Assembly: GCA_039621445.1 (NCBI GenBank)
Contig: CP154954.1
Span: 10,187,521-10,251,520, forward strand
From: Euglena gracilis
Lineage: Eukaryota
Length of the DNA: 64,000 nucleotides
Direction of reading: 5' to 3'
Numbering within the stretch: the stretch's first letter is position 1; each line of letters starts with the position of its first letter. The translations under genes and the position numbers were made by a program. Shown in pieces: positions 26,720 through 40,778 of the stretch. The notes below the pieces were generated by a model. It did not search any database. It saw nothing but the letters and a program-made list of their open reading frames with translations, and was not told the DNA's origin.

Positions 26720-29700
26720 ATGGCGGCAATTTCCGAGGTTTTCTTTACATCGCTCTTTTGCTTGCAACCTTGTTTTCCATGCAGGGGGAAATGCCCGATT
26801 CAGGTAGCACTGACCGCTTCCCGGTTATTGGTCCAGGAACAAACGCAATCTTTGCCATTCTCCCAAACAAAATCACTGGAATCGTGGAAATTCGCCGGTG
26901 AAGCGTCCCACGGGCGGCTCCCTCCAGAACATTGATGGTTCAGCGAGGTCAAACTGCACACTGCTGCCCGCAAAGTGGTCAGGGTTGGGTGGGGGGAGGA
27001 GGTCCGATATGGCCCGGAGTAACCCTAGCCCGCGTCGTCAGCCCACCCGAAAAACGCCCCGATTTCGCCCGAATTTTCCGATTTTGCCGTGAAAAAAAAA
27101 ATCCCGGGAAAATTGCGGGTCCCAAGGTGTTCTGAAATAGTTATGGGGTTGTTCCACCCTGCCGATGCCTTACGGGTTCCCCTGAACGGTTGGGAGCCCG
27201 AAAAAAAGGTTGCGCGGTGAAGGAGGTTCACGGTTATCCGTAAACATTCAAAAACAGAAGTTTACGGAGACCTTGAACTTGTTTACGGTTTCCCGCGGAC
27301 TTGTGCTGCTCCCCTCTTGTTTGTGAATGGGACCCGAACCTTGTCTCCAACCACCAGGAGCTGTGGTTATAGCCCTTTTGACCAGACATTAATTTTAGTG
27401 TGGTTCACAAAATACGTGTGAACCACAAATTTTTTTTTGGTGTCCACAGGTGAACCACAAAAAAATTTTTGGTGTCCACATGTGAATCACAATTTTTTTT
27501 TTGGTGTCCACAAGTGAACCACAAAAATTTTTTTGGTGTCCACAAAAAATTTTGTTGCCCACAAATCTTGATTGAGTATCGGAAAAAAATTAAGTTTTAC
27601 AACTAAAAGCGGATTGATCTTGAAAGACCTCAGCCAAATTGTCACCTTGGCTCCGGCTCAAACCATAAATTGTGGCAGCGAATCACACCCCCAGGCTTGT
27701 ATGGGAATCTCGGAGGGGGGGGGTGGGGGACCCCCCTCCAACATCAAATTTTTGGTCACCGAATCTCCTCAGTTTCCGGGTCGAAAAAATCGAAAAAATA
27801 GAAGCAAAGGGGTGTGGGGGGGGGGGTATGGGAGGGGGTCGCTGACCTCTTAACCTTTCAAAAAATTGCTGTAAGTAACCGTAAATTGCAGGGGTGTATT
27901 TTCAAATTATGAAATTTGCAATGCCAGTCTTTTCGGACATCCATTACGTGCAAGTCCCATAAAGAGCTCAACACTATTCAAACCTGGTACCCCCCCAGTT
28001 TCGGAAGGGGGGTCCCCCACCCCTCCTCCTCTGCGGAGGAAAAAAAAATCTTCCGGCGCAAAGCGCCGGGTGTGTATTTTAGGACCCTCTTGAGGCTCAA
28101 TATGAAAATTTGCACTCAAATGCATGGGTTCCGGGCCAAAACCGGGGGGGGGTGGGGGGGGGGCGGCGGGGGGGGGGTCGAAAACACACACATTTTCGGT
28201 TCAAAAAAAGTTCTTCCGGCTCCGGGAAACATCGTTTCGGGCAAAATTTTTTTCGATTTTTTTTCGAATTTTTCGACCTTTTTTCGACCCAAAAATGGCT
28301 AAATCAAAACAGGCCAAAACTGTCAAAATGGCCCAAATTGGCTGAAAAATGGCCGTAACTCGGGCTGGGCGGTGAGTTGCAGGAAATCAAATACCTTTCC
28401 TTTGACTCCCCACCATTTTCGAGAACTTTTGGGGAAATCGATTATTTGACTCAAACGTTTGGTGTCCACATGTGAACCACAAATATTTTTTTGGTGTCCA
28501 CAGGTGAACCACAAAAAAAATTTTGGTGTCCACAGGTGAACCACAAAAAATTTTTTGGTGTCCACACGTGAACCACAAAAAAAATTTTGGTGTCCACAGT
28601 GAACCACAAAATGTCAACCTTGGTGTACCACACTAAATGAATGTCTGCTTTTGACCCAGCCCCCACCCCATATGTCCAATGCAACGTCTGAACATGGTCA
28701 CGGGTTTCCGTAAACTTGCTTTCTGAAATTATTTGTTATCGGTGCATCCCTTCCTAGTGGGGGCTTCTTAGAGGAGATTGAGCATGGAAAAGAAGCGTCT
28801 GCAAAGGAGCGAGTTAACCAAAAAAGTGTAAAGAAGTGTGTCAGGGTGCATCGGGTATGCCCTTTTCGTTTTTTAAGTGCACAACTGCATGACTCCGTGA
28901 CGCCCCTAAGTGCACAACTCCGTGACGTTCTTGAACAGCGCCGAATTCCTATCTGTCTTTAGGCTTCCCTTTTTTTGAAAGACCAATTGCCCGACCAACA
29001 GCTTTTAAAGGTTGGTGACGCTCCGGAGGAGGGGATTTCTTCGTCTGCCCCTGCTGTACGCGTTTTGGTGTGACGCGTGCACCACGTCAAACTCCAGCAG
29101 CCAAACTCACACTCAACACGCAGTTGGCCTGTTCCTTTGTGCATTTGCGCAAAAAAAACGGTGTTCGTGAAAGTCCCGTTTTTTTTTTCGGACCCGAAAA
29201 GCGGCCCCCAAAAGTGCCCCCCCCCCCCCCCCGGGCTCCAGGGGTGGGTAACTTTGGTGGCGGCCGCTGGCCGACCACCCGTGGTTGGGGGGCCACCGTC
29301 CTCTGCTGCCAACCCGCCAAAGGACGACGAGCCCCCACGCTTCCTCTACCTTGTCCAGGGCCGGACCTTCGCGGAGCAGTTGCGGTACTCCGACAACGGA
29401 GACGCGCTCTGCCTCACGTGGGGCAGCCCGGTCTCCTTCTGCGTGCACCGGCGTGACTGGCGTGAGAATTATTAACCAGTGATTTGCCAATTGGGGATGG
29501 GGGATGAGATGAGTCCCGGCTTGACCCCCCCCCCTACAGGGGTTTTGGCATCAGTTTAAAGAAAAGCTCATTCTGGTTATCCCACGATGAAGCTACATTG
29601 CTACACAACTTTTTTTTGAGGTTCCTGAATATCCCCACCTGCTTTCAACCAAGGTTGAAGTTGCCTCAGGCAAAAACAGAGCGTAACCCCTTTCCACGAC

Positions 29701-32700
29701 CTCCTGCTGCTGACAATTTTGCATGATAGGCATCAGGGCATCCATTCTCCCACTCCAAAGTTTCCATCTTGCCAACCTCTTTTTGGGCACAAATGTCAAT
29801 ACCAGTCCTTTCCAACCTCCCACTTCCTTGCCTGTCAGAAAGCTTGCACCACACATTGTGGTGCCGTTTTACCGGCGTAACACGCCAGCCACCGTGCGGC
29901 CGAACACAACGTGGACGTCAGGGCGCAACGTCCTGTGGCAGATGGCGGTGAAGCTGCCGCGGCGGTACGAGTATTACCGCAGCCGTCCCGCTTCCTGATT
30001 GAAGTTCTCAGAACCATCGGATTCCGCCAAAATATGTCCTCTCATCGAACGTGGGAAAGGAAATTAATGAATCCCCCCTCCCCGAAAACAAATGAATGTA
30101 TCGCTGCCCGGAATCTTTGCTGTGTGACACAAGGAGGGTTTGCTGCACTTTCATCTAAGTGTTTTAGGAATCATGACTGTTGGTTGGAGACCAAGTTGGC
30201 ATCCACAACTTGCTCACAGATCAGCTTTCTTTATGGTGGGGCGGCTCTGTTGTTTTCATCGACGACGATGTTTCCATTTCTGGAACCTCTGATTTCGAGC
30301 GACTGTTGCTGCACTGGCACCCAGGCATGTGCTGTGGTTGTCACACACTCACATTTAAAAGCAACAAAAATATAAAATTCGAATAAATATAAATTTGAAT
30401 ATTTGAATGAAAAATTGAATTGAATTGAATACATATATAAATGGCAGGTCCCAACTACATGGCCCTCCGGAGGGGGGGGGGCATGTAGTTGGATCAGGAG
30501 GGTCCAATTTTTTTTTGCGTTATTGATGGAATAGGGATAAAGTTAGGATTTTGTCCTAACTTTAGGCCTAACTTGTACACCTAACACTAGTCTATAAGTT
30601 CGGCCTTAAATTACACCTGACTCCTAAACGAAAACCCATTCCGCCAATAATCCAAAAATTTTCCCCGACCCCCCTGATCCAATTATATGGACCCCGGGGG
30701 GCATATAGTTTGGACCTGCCGTATATTAATATATAATACAAATACAAATATAAATATAAATATGAGTATAAATATAAATATAATATAAATGTAAATGTAA
30801 ATATAAATATAATATAAATATAAATATAAATATAAATATAAATATAAATATAAATATAAATATAAATATAAATATAATATAAATATAAATATAAATATAG
30901 AATATAAAAAAAAATATAAATACAAATACACATAAAATATGCATAAAAACATAATGTACATATAAAAATAACATAAAAAAAACATAAACATAATTTTGAA
31001 TATTAAATTTGAATAAAAAGGCCTATGCTTTCCTGTGTCGTTGCGTTTGTGTGGGCCCCCCCCCCCCCCCCCCCCCCCCCCGTCACCCCCACCAACGTCC
31101 CCAAAAAAACTTCCCACACCCCCCCAAACCATCACCCCCCAAATTTTTTTTCTCAACATTCTTGTAGCCAACTGCTGGCTGACTGGTGCGATGCAGGGAT
31201 ATTTCCCCTCAATTTCACATTTGACGCGTTCTTTTCTGTTTTCAACGCCCCACACCCCCGACGACGCCTTGCGCCTTGCCGCCTCAGGGGTGTTTCTTCT
31301 TGCATTGAACATTTTGAAGCGCCTTTTAGCACCTTCAGGCACATGCCTGCTATCGGCCCGCCATTGGGGTTCCAGGAGCCGCAGCCCAAGTACCACCATG
31401 GCCGCTGCTGGGAGGGTCGGGTAGGTCACGTGTGACCTTCCTGTGACATTCTTGTGACATTCCTGTGGCATTCCTGTGGCAGGGAATTTCTTAAGCCGGA
31501 GGGCACCCCCCCCCCCTGGACCCCGGGGGGTCCAGCCAGCCAGCAGCTCAAATCCAGCCAGCAGCCCGAATTCGGGCTGGGAGCCCCCCCCCCCGGGGGG
31601 GGGTCGAGTGAAGTAAAGTCGGGTCCAGCCCGGCCGGAGGCCGGGCCAGCCGGCCGCAGGCCGGGCCAGCCAACTAGGCTACCAGCACACCTATCCCTGC
31701 ATTTTTTTTCCTCATCACATGTGCATAAGAATGTGTGGCAGTAAGTAGGCTGTTCCTCCAGTCCTGGCTCTAGCATTGAGTAGGCAAAAATCTTTTAGAA
31801 AATTTTGTTTTTCATCGGTCCAGCCCAGCCCAGCCCAGCCCCCTCCAGCCCCAGACCCGCCCCTCCCCCCAATCACTCTGGGGGGGTCCAGCCAAGCAGC
31901 TCGTTTCCAGCCAGCAGCCTTTTTGCCAGCCGAGGCTGGATCCCCCGGGGGGTCCTTAAGAAATTCTCTGCCTGTGGCATTCCTTGATATTCGTGCAATG
32001 AACCATTTTTTCACACAAATTTCAAGGTGCATGCAATTATTGGTCCATTTTAGGTTTGTGGTGGGTTTCCAGTTATTTGTTGTTTTGTTTGGTGGTGTTT
32101 TTTTTTTTTTCTTAGGCTGCTGGGAAGGATTTCAAGTCATTGTTGTTATACACTGTTTAATATAACATTTTCACTTTTTCAGAAAGGTTGTTGCCCAGAC
32201 TTTCATTCAGTGCGCCGCGGAAAATTTTTTCTTCTGCGCCGTGTGCGCCGCGGCACCGGAAATTTTGTGACCGCGTGCGCCGCGGAAGATTTCTTTTGTG
32301 TGCCGCGTGCGCCGCGGCAGCACCGCGTGCATACAATGTGCGGCGAGAACGTCATTGGTGCGCTGCAGGAACGTCGCTGGTGCGCCGCGGGTGCGTTGTT
32401 GGTGCGCCGCGGCAGCGTTTCAGGTGCACCGCGGGTGTGCCGTGGCAAAAATTTGTTTGTGCGTCGCGTGCGCTGCGGAAATTTTTTTTGTGCCACGGCA
32501 GACTTCGCCACGGCGCACTAAATGAAAGTCTGTTGTCCCCTGCATTCAAATTTGACAGTTTTCCTAATTGTCAGAACCGAATATGCATAAGTATGTGCTT
32601 TCTTTTTTCCTTGTTGTATTATTTGTTGTAATTTTTTTCGAGAACCCACATAACCTTCCCGTCTGTCCCATTGGTTCTTGACAGGGATGGGAGGATTTTG

Positions 32701-33134
32701 CAGTGTCAGAACCTCCAGGCTGGTGCCATGCTCCAAACCCATTCCTTCCCCCACACAATGAGTCGGAGGTGCTCCAAATCACCGCCTTCCACGCCTATGC
32801 GAACGCATTCCATCACGACGTCTTTTTCAACTCCCTAGTATTGTTCGTGCTGGGCATTTCTCAGGGGTTGTGTGTGCGCGCGCGTGTGTGGTGTGTGGTG
32901 TGGGGGTGCAAGCGTGTGTCCATACGTGCGCGCACGTGTGTGCGCGGGCGCGTGGGTGGGATGGGTTGGTGGCTGGGTGGCTGGTGGTGGTTGGTGGTGT
33001 GTGGTGCCAACCACCCATGCTGATGTCTTACCCTGTATTTGCGGGTTCCTCAAATTCGCATTTACTCCCAAGACACACGCACACACACAAACACACACAC
33101 AACCACAGACAGACAGACGCACACACACACACAC

Positions 33135-33208
<74 letters not shown>

Positions 33209-35371
33209 GCGCTCATTGAGCCACATATGTTTGGACGACCCCCACACCCAAGCCTTTGCCCAGCCCGGCTGCGCCGTACTACGATGGGATGGACCACTTC
33301 AGCTGGTGGGCCTCCCAGCTGTACGCATCGTACCTCGCCGCCATTTTCCACCCGAAAGAGGTCTTCGGCTTCCCGCGCGTCGCCAGTGGCAACTGGTTTG
33401 TCGGGAAGTACCCCCAGCAGTGGGACCAGGCTGCGTTTGCAATAAGCGCCATTGAGTGTCAACCTTGTGCGTACCCCTCCTCAGTAGGCCGAGATGGCTT
33501 TTATGTCTAAGATTTCATTTCCGGTCTGATTCTTCAAAAAGGGTTCAGTTGTTTGTTCGATGTTTGTTTCATCGTTCGCGAGGCTTGCTGACCACTATCA
33601 GGCTGAATTTTACGCGATAATATCCAGCGGTGCCGACTCCACCCCGGGGGGGGGGGGGGTGGCTACCTGGGCAGGCACTCCAAGGCACCTAGATCCGACC
33701 CCCCAGGGGGGCACATGGCCAAAGTGCCTGGGCACTTGACCAAGGCACTTCGGCACCGCAGGCACAACCCAATTTTTCAAACTCCAAAAGACCATCCAAA
33801 AAGCACATTTTTACGTAATTTCTGACTTTTGCGCATTTTTCATTTTATTTTACTGCCCTTTTGGTACCAGATATTTTTTAACCAAAATATGCTGTTTTTT
33901 TTTGGAAAGAAATTCAAGCTTATGCCATGCTGGATTTCCTTTCTTGGGTGTGGCAGGGGGGTATATTATTTTTGGGCAGCCGAAGTCCCGGGCCAGGGGG
34001 CGGTATTGGGGGCACAGTCTCGACAAAATGCCGGAAAACAAAAATGATGGAAAACCACTCAGTTTTTCCCATCATTTTTCCCCGTAATTTTTTTAGCCCT
34101 TTTGGAGGAACCACGTTCACTGGTGGTTGACTTTCACACACAGAAGGACAGGGATGTGACATATGGTTTATTTTAGGGGTTGAATTTTTTATTGGAAAAC
34201 CACAAAAAGAAAAAACCCAGAAAAACATTTCGACATCATTTTTTTTTTTTTGGAATTCTGAGCTGCTTTTTCTGCCGAAAATTTTTGAAGCAAGTGGGAA
34301 AATTACCACCATTTTCCGTGAATCCCCATTGTTGTTTTTTTCAAAGTCTAAATTTTCCTTCATTTTCCCCTTCATTTTTCCCGCCTTTTTTGTCCGGACT
34401 CATATTATTATATTATTCATATCATTTCGGGGGGGGGTATATGATTTGGGTGGGACTTACTTTTTGGCCTACAACCAGCAGGCATCCCCCCCTTAGGGCA
34501 CCCCTTCCAGGGGGTTGATCAAATTCAGCCTGCTCGCCATGAGAACATTGCCGGTTTCAAGTTTTGAACCGTCTTTCCACTGGAGGTCAACAAACGGCAA
34601 GCGCTGCTTGACAGAGACCTTGGTGTGATGAACGAGCCCTTTATCCGCGATTGTAAACTGTGGGCATTGCCACGTACCTTGGGATATGTTGCACCTGACC
34701 AAGGATGTCGATTTCACAGGTGTCATCAAAGCACTGAAAACTGGGGAAACGGGGAAACAGAATTGGTAAGTGGAGGAATAAAGTCTGGAAAAGATAAAAA
34801 AAATAACGTCCTAAGCAAATGACGTCCGAAAAAAGAGTGAATGCTCTACCGTTCAGGTAATTTTGAATAGATTGCAGTCTCAAAATATCAAACTATCAAC
34901 CCCTAATCCAAAAGATTGAAAAAAAATCCACAAAAAGGATTAAAAAAACGGTGCAAAAAATGGTTCCCGAATAAACTGTATTTTGGATTGTGTTTTTTTT
35001 GAGGGTGGGGCGGGTGCTTCCCCCCCCTTGTTGTCACCTGCATTGCCGGCCCATCAATTTGGGCCGGCGCCCATTTGGCCCAGCCCCAGGAATGACCCCC
35101 CAGGCCGGAACCTGCTTTCTTCCGGGGGAGGCCCCGCAACGGATCAGCCTCCCGCCCACCAGTGCCCCCAGGCCGCGTCCCCGACGCCACCTTCCGCGGC
35201 CGGCACTGGCGGGGCTTCGAGGTGCGGGCCGTCGCCGCGCAGCGGGGGCCGGGCCCCCCGACCCGGTCCCACGCCGTGCCCCCGGCCACGCTGCGGCGGT
35301 TCCTGACGCTGGACACGCCCTACTGGCGGCGGGTCCGCAGCGTCCGGGAGGAGGCCCTGGGGCCGCTGTGA
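26720..35371 (+). CDS. Multi-exon DxD-motif (GT-A-like) putative glycosyltransferase; start uncertain
   Basis: Possible anchor RGFLYIALLLATLFSMQ (~26730). Exons near 29300-29430 (RFLYLVQG...ALCLTWG), 29900-29977|30252-30323 (PNTTWTSGRNVLW...YEYY|VFIDDD...FERLL), 31348-31415, 32755-32842 (AYANAFHHDV), 33273-33428 (PYYDGMDHFSWWASQ), 34628-34680 and 35200-35371 (DTPYWRR...GPL*). Confidence 0.65.
27410..28612. repeat. ~31-bp GGTGTCCACAGGTGAACCACAAAA minisatellite in two blocks (27410-27560, 28458-28612) separated by an insertion
   Basis: Direct reading. Confidence 0.75.
30443..30720. mobile_element. MITE with GGCAG termini next to an (ATAAAT)n tract
   Basis: TIR GGCAGGTCC...GGACCTGCC; related to 54978-55473. 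Confidence 0.7.
31480..31970. mobile_element. CAG...CTG MITE
   Basis: TIR CAGGGAATTTCTTAAG / CTTAAGAAATTCTCTG; direct repeat CCTGTGG; homologous to 35624-36086. Confidence 0.85.
32196..32532. mobile_element. MITE with internal GTGCGCCGCGG repeats
   Basis: ~22-bp TIR CAGACTTTCATTCAGTGCGCCG; degenerate TSD TTGTTGCC/TTGTCCCC. Confidence 0.8.
33599..34532. mobile_element. Putative TIR element
   Basis: 12-bp TIR CAGGCTGAATTT/AAATTCAGCCTG; no TSD retained. Confidence 0.55.
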
Positions 35372-35623
35372 CCGCACTGTTTGCCGCGTGCTCTCGTGCC
35401 GCCTCTCACCGCAACAACTTTCTGCCGTATGTCTTTGCGTGCCTTGCCACAGGGGGGGATATCCAAGTTGCATTGTTTGCATTCTTTTTGCATTATGAAA
35501 ATTTTCGCAAACGCGCATATTTTTTTCAATTTTTTTGCATATCCTGCCTTTCCTTTTTTTGGGGGCATTTGTACAGGCAAGTTTCCCCACGTTCAGACAA
35601 CTGGAAATTGCACACCTCACATT

Positions 35624-36086
35624 CAGAGGATTTCTTAAGCCGGAGGGTACCCTACCCTCCCCCCCCCCGGGGGGGGGTCCAGCCAGCCAGCAGCTCAAAT
35701 CCAGCCAGCGGCCCAAATTCAGGCTGGGAGCCCCCCCCGGGGGGGGGGTCGAGTGAAGTAAAGTCGGGTCCAGCCCGGCCGGAGGCCGGGCCAGCCGGCC
35801 GAAGGCAGAGCCAGCCGGTCGCAGGCTGGCCAGCCAACTGGACTGCCCAGGTCACCTATCCGTGCATTTTTTCCCCCCTCACCACAGCTTGCTCCATCAC
35901 AGCCCCCCAGCCTTGATCTAGCTCCATCCACCAAAATGTCGAAATTGACAAATTTTTTAGAAGATTTTGTTTTTTTTTCACCGACCCAGCCCAGCCCACT
36001 CCCCCTCCCGCCCCGCCCCCCCCCCCTCCCCCCCCTACCCTCCCCTCCCCCCCCTACCCCCCTGGGGGTCCTTAAGAAATCCCCTG
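35624..36086. mobile_element. hAT-like MITE
   Basis: TIR CAGAGGATTTCTTAAG / CTTAAGAAATCCCCTG; TSD CTCACATT/CTCACTTT (7/8). Confidence 0.85.
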
Positions 36087-36328
36087 CTCACTTTTTTTTG
36101 GACCAATTTCACATTAACAGCATAATGAAGTATAAGTGGATGCAACTGGATGAAAACACATTTTCCTTTGATGTCGCACTCAGGGGAATGTGATATTTTT
36201 GTAAGTCTTCTCCAACAGAAAAGTGTACAGCTCCTAAAGGAAATTATATGACACTTGCTTTTTTTTTACGTTTTTTTCATTCTTTTTGCATTATTTTTTG
36301 CATTTTTTGCCCTTTCTGCCCTTTTTTT

Positions 36329-36360
<32 letters not shown>

Positions 36361-37264
36361 TTGCTTTTTTTTGCATTGGATATTTTGAGGAGCCTTGTTG
36401 CATTTTCTTTCCATTTTTGATCAGAGGACACAAGGATGCTCCAGGGGCCGGTGGGCTTCAGAGGAAAGGAAGTTGATTATCTCAACTAGGCTCCCATCTC
36501 CCTCTCCCATCCCGGGAAGTTGGCCTCTGGTCCTCTACTTACCTGCCCCCTTCTCAAGGCACCAGCCTTGTCTAAGGGCCATCCTCTGTTCTCACCCATC
36601 TCTTGAGAGGTCATCTTTTCTAACAAAAAACCTTGAATATTACGACGTCTCATGGTCTTTTGAATTGACCAACCTTACCCGCCCCCCCCCCCCCCCGGGC
36701 AATTAACGCCCCCGGGCAATTGACGCCCCCGGACAATTGTCACCCCTGGCTGTGCCGGCCAAATTGTCACCCCGGGAAATTGTCACCCCCCTCCGTGCTG
36801 CCCGATTTGTCACGCGACAATTGCCCGGGGGGGGGGGCGGGTAATTTCGTAAGATTGATTGGTTTTTTTTTGAATCCTAATGCCTTGCACAAGTTGCACA
36901 ATACCCCCAAAATTGAGTGGCTATCTCTTTCTTCGGCGCAGAGTGGTGTATTTTTTTTTCCAGAGGTTCCCCCCACCCCCCCCGTCCAAGCACCATCCCT
37001 TGGTTCACACCCATCTTTTTCGGCCGGTTCTTTGACAGTGGTTGGGAGGGGGGGGCACCAGCCTGGAAACATACCTACAGCCTCGGGGGAGTCTTCGCCC
37101 AGATTGACTTGGTCCCAGCGTCTTGGACTCTGACAAATTTCGTTGCGGCTGTGCCTGCCAGCTTGACGGAAGCCGGCTCCCCCACAGGAGTCCGGGGATG
37201 TCTGTCTCCCCCGACCAGGTCTTCCCATACAGCCCCCCCCCCCGCCACACCCCAGGGCCGGCGG

Positions 37265-38810
37265 ATGTTCAATCCGGTGGAGGCCCTCCACCGCCCGGCC
37301 CGCCCCATGCCAGGGCTGGTGTGGCTCAAGCGCCTGTGGGATTATTGTGCTGTGGCTGAAGTGTGACTGGGTGCGACTGGGCGTGTGATTGGGCGTGACT
37401 GGGCGTGTGACTGGGCGTGACTGGGCGTGTGACTGGGTGTGACTGGGCCCTGACCATACCATTGCTTAACACGGGGTGGTGACTGACGTGTTTTTTTTCA
37501 CGGTGACTGACTGGTTTTTTGGCCAAGAGCCCCCCACCCCCGGGGGGGTGGGGGGGGTGGGGTAGGCCCGAAAAAAGAGAAAGTGGCCGGCCTGGCGCCG
37601 AGGGCGCCGGAATTTTTTTGAATTTTTTGAGACTTTTTGACAATATTTCATTGCCTCCTGAAGAGTGGCCGATCCCCCCGTGGGGGGGGGGTTAAGTGAC
37701 TGACTGGTTTTTTGGGGAAAAAAGTTGACTGGTTTTTTCAGATTGGAAAGTGACCCCCCCCCCAGGGGTCACTAAGCAATGGTATGGCCCTGACTGGGTT
37801 TCGGGACAGATATTTTTTTTTATTTTGGGTGGGTGGGTGGGTCAAGCCCCACTCCAGGGGGGTGGTCGGGCTGAGTGGGTTATCTGCCGGAGGCGGGGTT
37901 ATTCTCAATTTTCAGCACAAAGCGCCAAAATACTTTTTTTGGACCCCTTATTGACCTCAAAAGTGGGTTCCACCGAGCTCCCCCCATCCTGGGATGACTA
38001 TGGGCGTTAGGTGCGTGTTGTGGTGTGGGTCAAGCTGTGAAATGACTGGAGCGTGACTGGGGCGTGACTGGGGCGTGACTGGAGCGTGACTGGGGCGTGA
38101 CTGGAGCGTGACTGGGGCGTGACTGGAGCGTGACTGGGGTGTGACTGGGGCGTGACTGGGGCGTGACTGGGGTGGGTGACCGGACCTCGGGTTCTGGGTG
38201 ATCACAGGTGCGTGGCGGGGGTGGCGGCGGGGGACGAGCCCGACCCCGAGCCGGAGCCGTTCGGCCCCGTGCCCCAGTGGCAGCGGCTCGCCGCCTGCCC
38301 CGGCCCCTGCCGCCTGCCACGTTGCTGCCCTATCCCAAACTGGTGGAATCTTGGGTTGTTGACGTCCTGGACGGCGGTGGGCTAGATTTCAAGGTCTGTG
38401 GGTATTGTGGTGTGCAGGCGGCCAAACTCGCACTTAAGCACTACTTTTTGGTCGGTGTGCGCATATTCACACATGTCGGATATTTTGATTTTGCGTTACA
38501 AGAATTTTGAGCGAGAGGAAGCACGACTCGACAAATCCGAGTAAATTGTCATTTTTGCCCCTGGCTCTCCTGGAATTTACGTGTTTTTTTTTCTGATTTT
38601 GTTTTGTGGTCGGCATGGCATAAAAAGTCGTGGACCTATTCCCCAAAAGTGAAGAAATCAAACACAAAACCTCAGTACCAACACCCACATTTTCTGTCTG
38701 ACAACGTGTGCGGCTGGAGGAGCCGGTTGGGGGTCCCCTCCTCCGCCCCACGCGGCGCCCCGCAGCTCCTCCCCCTCCGGCAGTGATGCCCCGTCGCTCC
38801 TCAGCGATGC
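37265..38810 (+). CDS. Exon-like segments of an unidentified gene
   Basis: GC3-rich stretches MFNPVEALHR...WLKRLWDY (37265), GDEPDPEPEPFGPVPQWQRL (~38210) and WVVDVLDGGGLDFK followed by GT (~38350); joins unresolved. Confidence 0.35.
37455..37786. mobile_element. hAT-like MITE (CATACCATTGCTTA family)
   Basis: Perfect 14-bp TIR; perfect 8-bp TSD GCCCTGAC at 37447-37454 and 37787-37794. Confidence 0.9.
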
Positions 38811-40389
38811 CCCGGTGTGTGGCCCCCCGGTCCCTCTCAGAGTGCTGGGACTGGTTGGGTTCTCGCGCTCATCCGCATGTGTTCGTTTGCGATGGGCCGA
38901 CCCAAAAGTTTGTCGGGTGCAAGGCATTGCAAAACTGAATGGCATGATATTCTGTTTGCGTACGTCACACCGTGCATATGTTAGGGAGCGTAGAAGTCGG
39001 CAAACTCGAGGATTGATCAACACCGGGAAGCAGGAATAGGGTTCTTAAATAGCCCAAAAATTGTTCGCTCGATCGCTCGTTCTCTTTTCAGAACCCTGAA
39101 CAGCCCCCTGTGCCCTACACCAGTGGCCCATTCAATCCCGTCCGCCCTCGCAACTGCATGGTGTGCACCGCCCGTCGTTGCTGCCCAATTCTCTACTCGA
39201 TACGTGTGGGGTTTTGATCGGTGTTGAGGCAATTTTTTTTGATCCCCTTGGGTTCAATAGCAGACCTCTCCTTGGTGTGTATCGGCAAATAATATCAAAT
39301 AATATCTGTGTATCGTGTGTATCGGCAAAACAAAAGTGTATCGGCGTGTATCGGCAAATTTTTGAATCTCTCAATCCAAGAAATCCCTCCGGATGTAAGG
39401 CGCTTGCTGGACGATGCCAACAAGCAAATTGACGGAGCAACGTTGTTGTATGCATGTTGTAAGCCCCCCTCCAAAAATAAGACCCCCCTCCCGACATTGG
39501 GAAGGGCAAGGATGGTGAAAATTTTCCCTTTAAAATAACAAAAACCCAATGTCATACACAAAACAAGATGAAGTTTCAACATTTTCCAGATTTTTGAAGT
39601 ACCAAAAAAAAAGGAAAATGTCAATTTATACCAATTTACACCGCTGAGGGAAGCGCCGAAGGGAAAATTTCAGTGTTCTTGGAGACCTGAAAAGTTATTT
39701 TTTTTCGGGTCCAGATCGGTCAAGAAAACATCCGAAAGTCAGATCCCCCCAAACTAACATCCCCCCCCCCTGGAGGTTTCCAGCAACAGACCCAAAAATA
39801 AGACCTGGGGCCTGTTTTTTTGGGGGGGATCATGTGCCAAAAGCCATGAATCTAAAATAGTAATAATAAAAAAGGCAAAAGAAGGATGAGCCTTATCAAT
39901 TGGCGATGCGGAAATCTTTTCTGAAGTTGAAATTTTGTGTATTTATATCATTTATTTGTATATTTATATCTAATCATGTGTATGGTTTATGCTCCAAATG
40001 AATGTTTATGCCCTAAATGGTGATCGCCAACACCTAGTTGGGGATGGTTCGCCCCCCCCCCCACCCCTGACTGTGGCGCAGGACACCCGGGCCTCCGGAT
40101 TCCCAACCTCCACCCCAGTCACTGGCTCCTCCCCGGCAAGGCCGTCCTCCCATCCGACGCCCCCACCCCCTGCCCGTGCCGCCTCCTCCCCGTACCCATT
40201 CCCAACTGTGTCGGCGAAAAGCTCCGCCCAAGTCCCCTTTTCGTTTCGGCTGGAGAATTGGGGAATGGGGAGCTTGTACGCGGCCCCAGCGGCAAGGTCC
40301 AACCGCCAGCCGACTTACAGGTGGTCGACAAGCGTATCGATTTGACCCACAGGTCTAATTTGATTCTCTTGCACGTGCGCGCGCGCGCG

Positions 40390-40454
<65 letters not shown>

Positions 40455-40778
40455 CACACACACACACACACACACACACCCACACACACACACACACACA
40501 CCCCCACACACACACAACAACACACACACACACACAGAGAGGAGAGAGAGAGAGAGAGCGGCGAAGTTAGGGGGAGAGAGAGAGGGAATGACGGATGGAG
40601 ATGTTGAGATTGTAGAGAGAGCAAAGAGAGAGCATGAGAGAGAGAGAGGGAGAGACGAGAGAGAGAGAGCAGAGAGAGAGAGGAGAGAGAGAGAGAGAGT
40701 CGGAGAGTATTGGGTACACCGCAGGGTGCACGAGTCTCCCTGGCCTCGGCTCTAAGTTTCCAATTTTTTTGTTGTTTA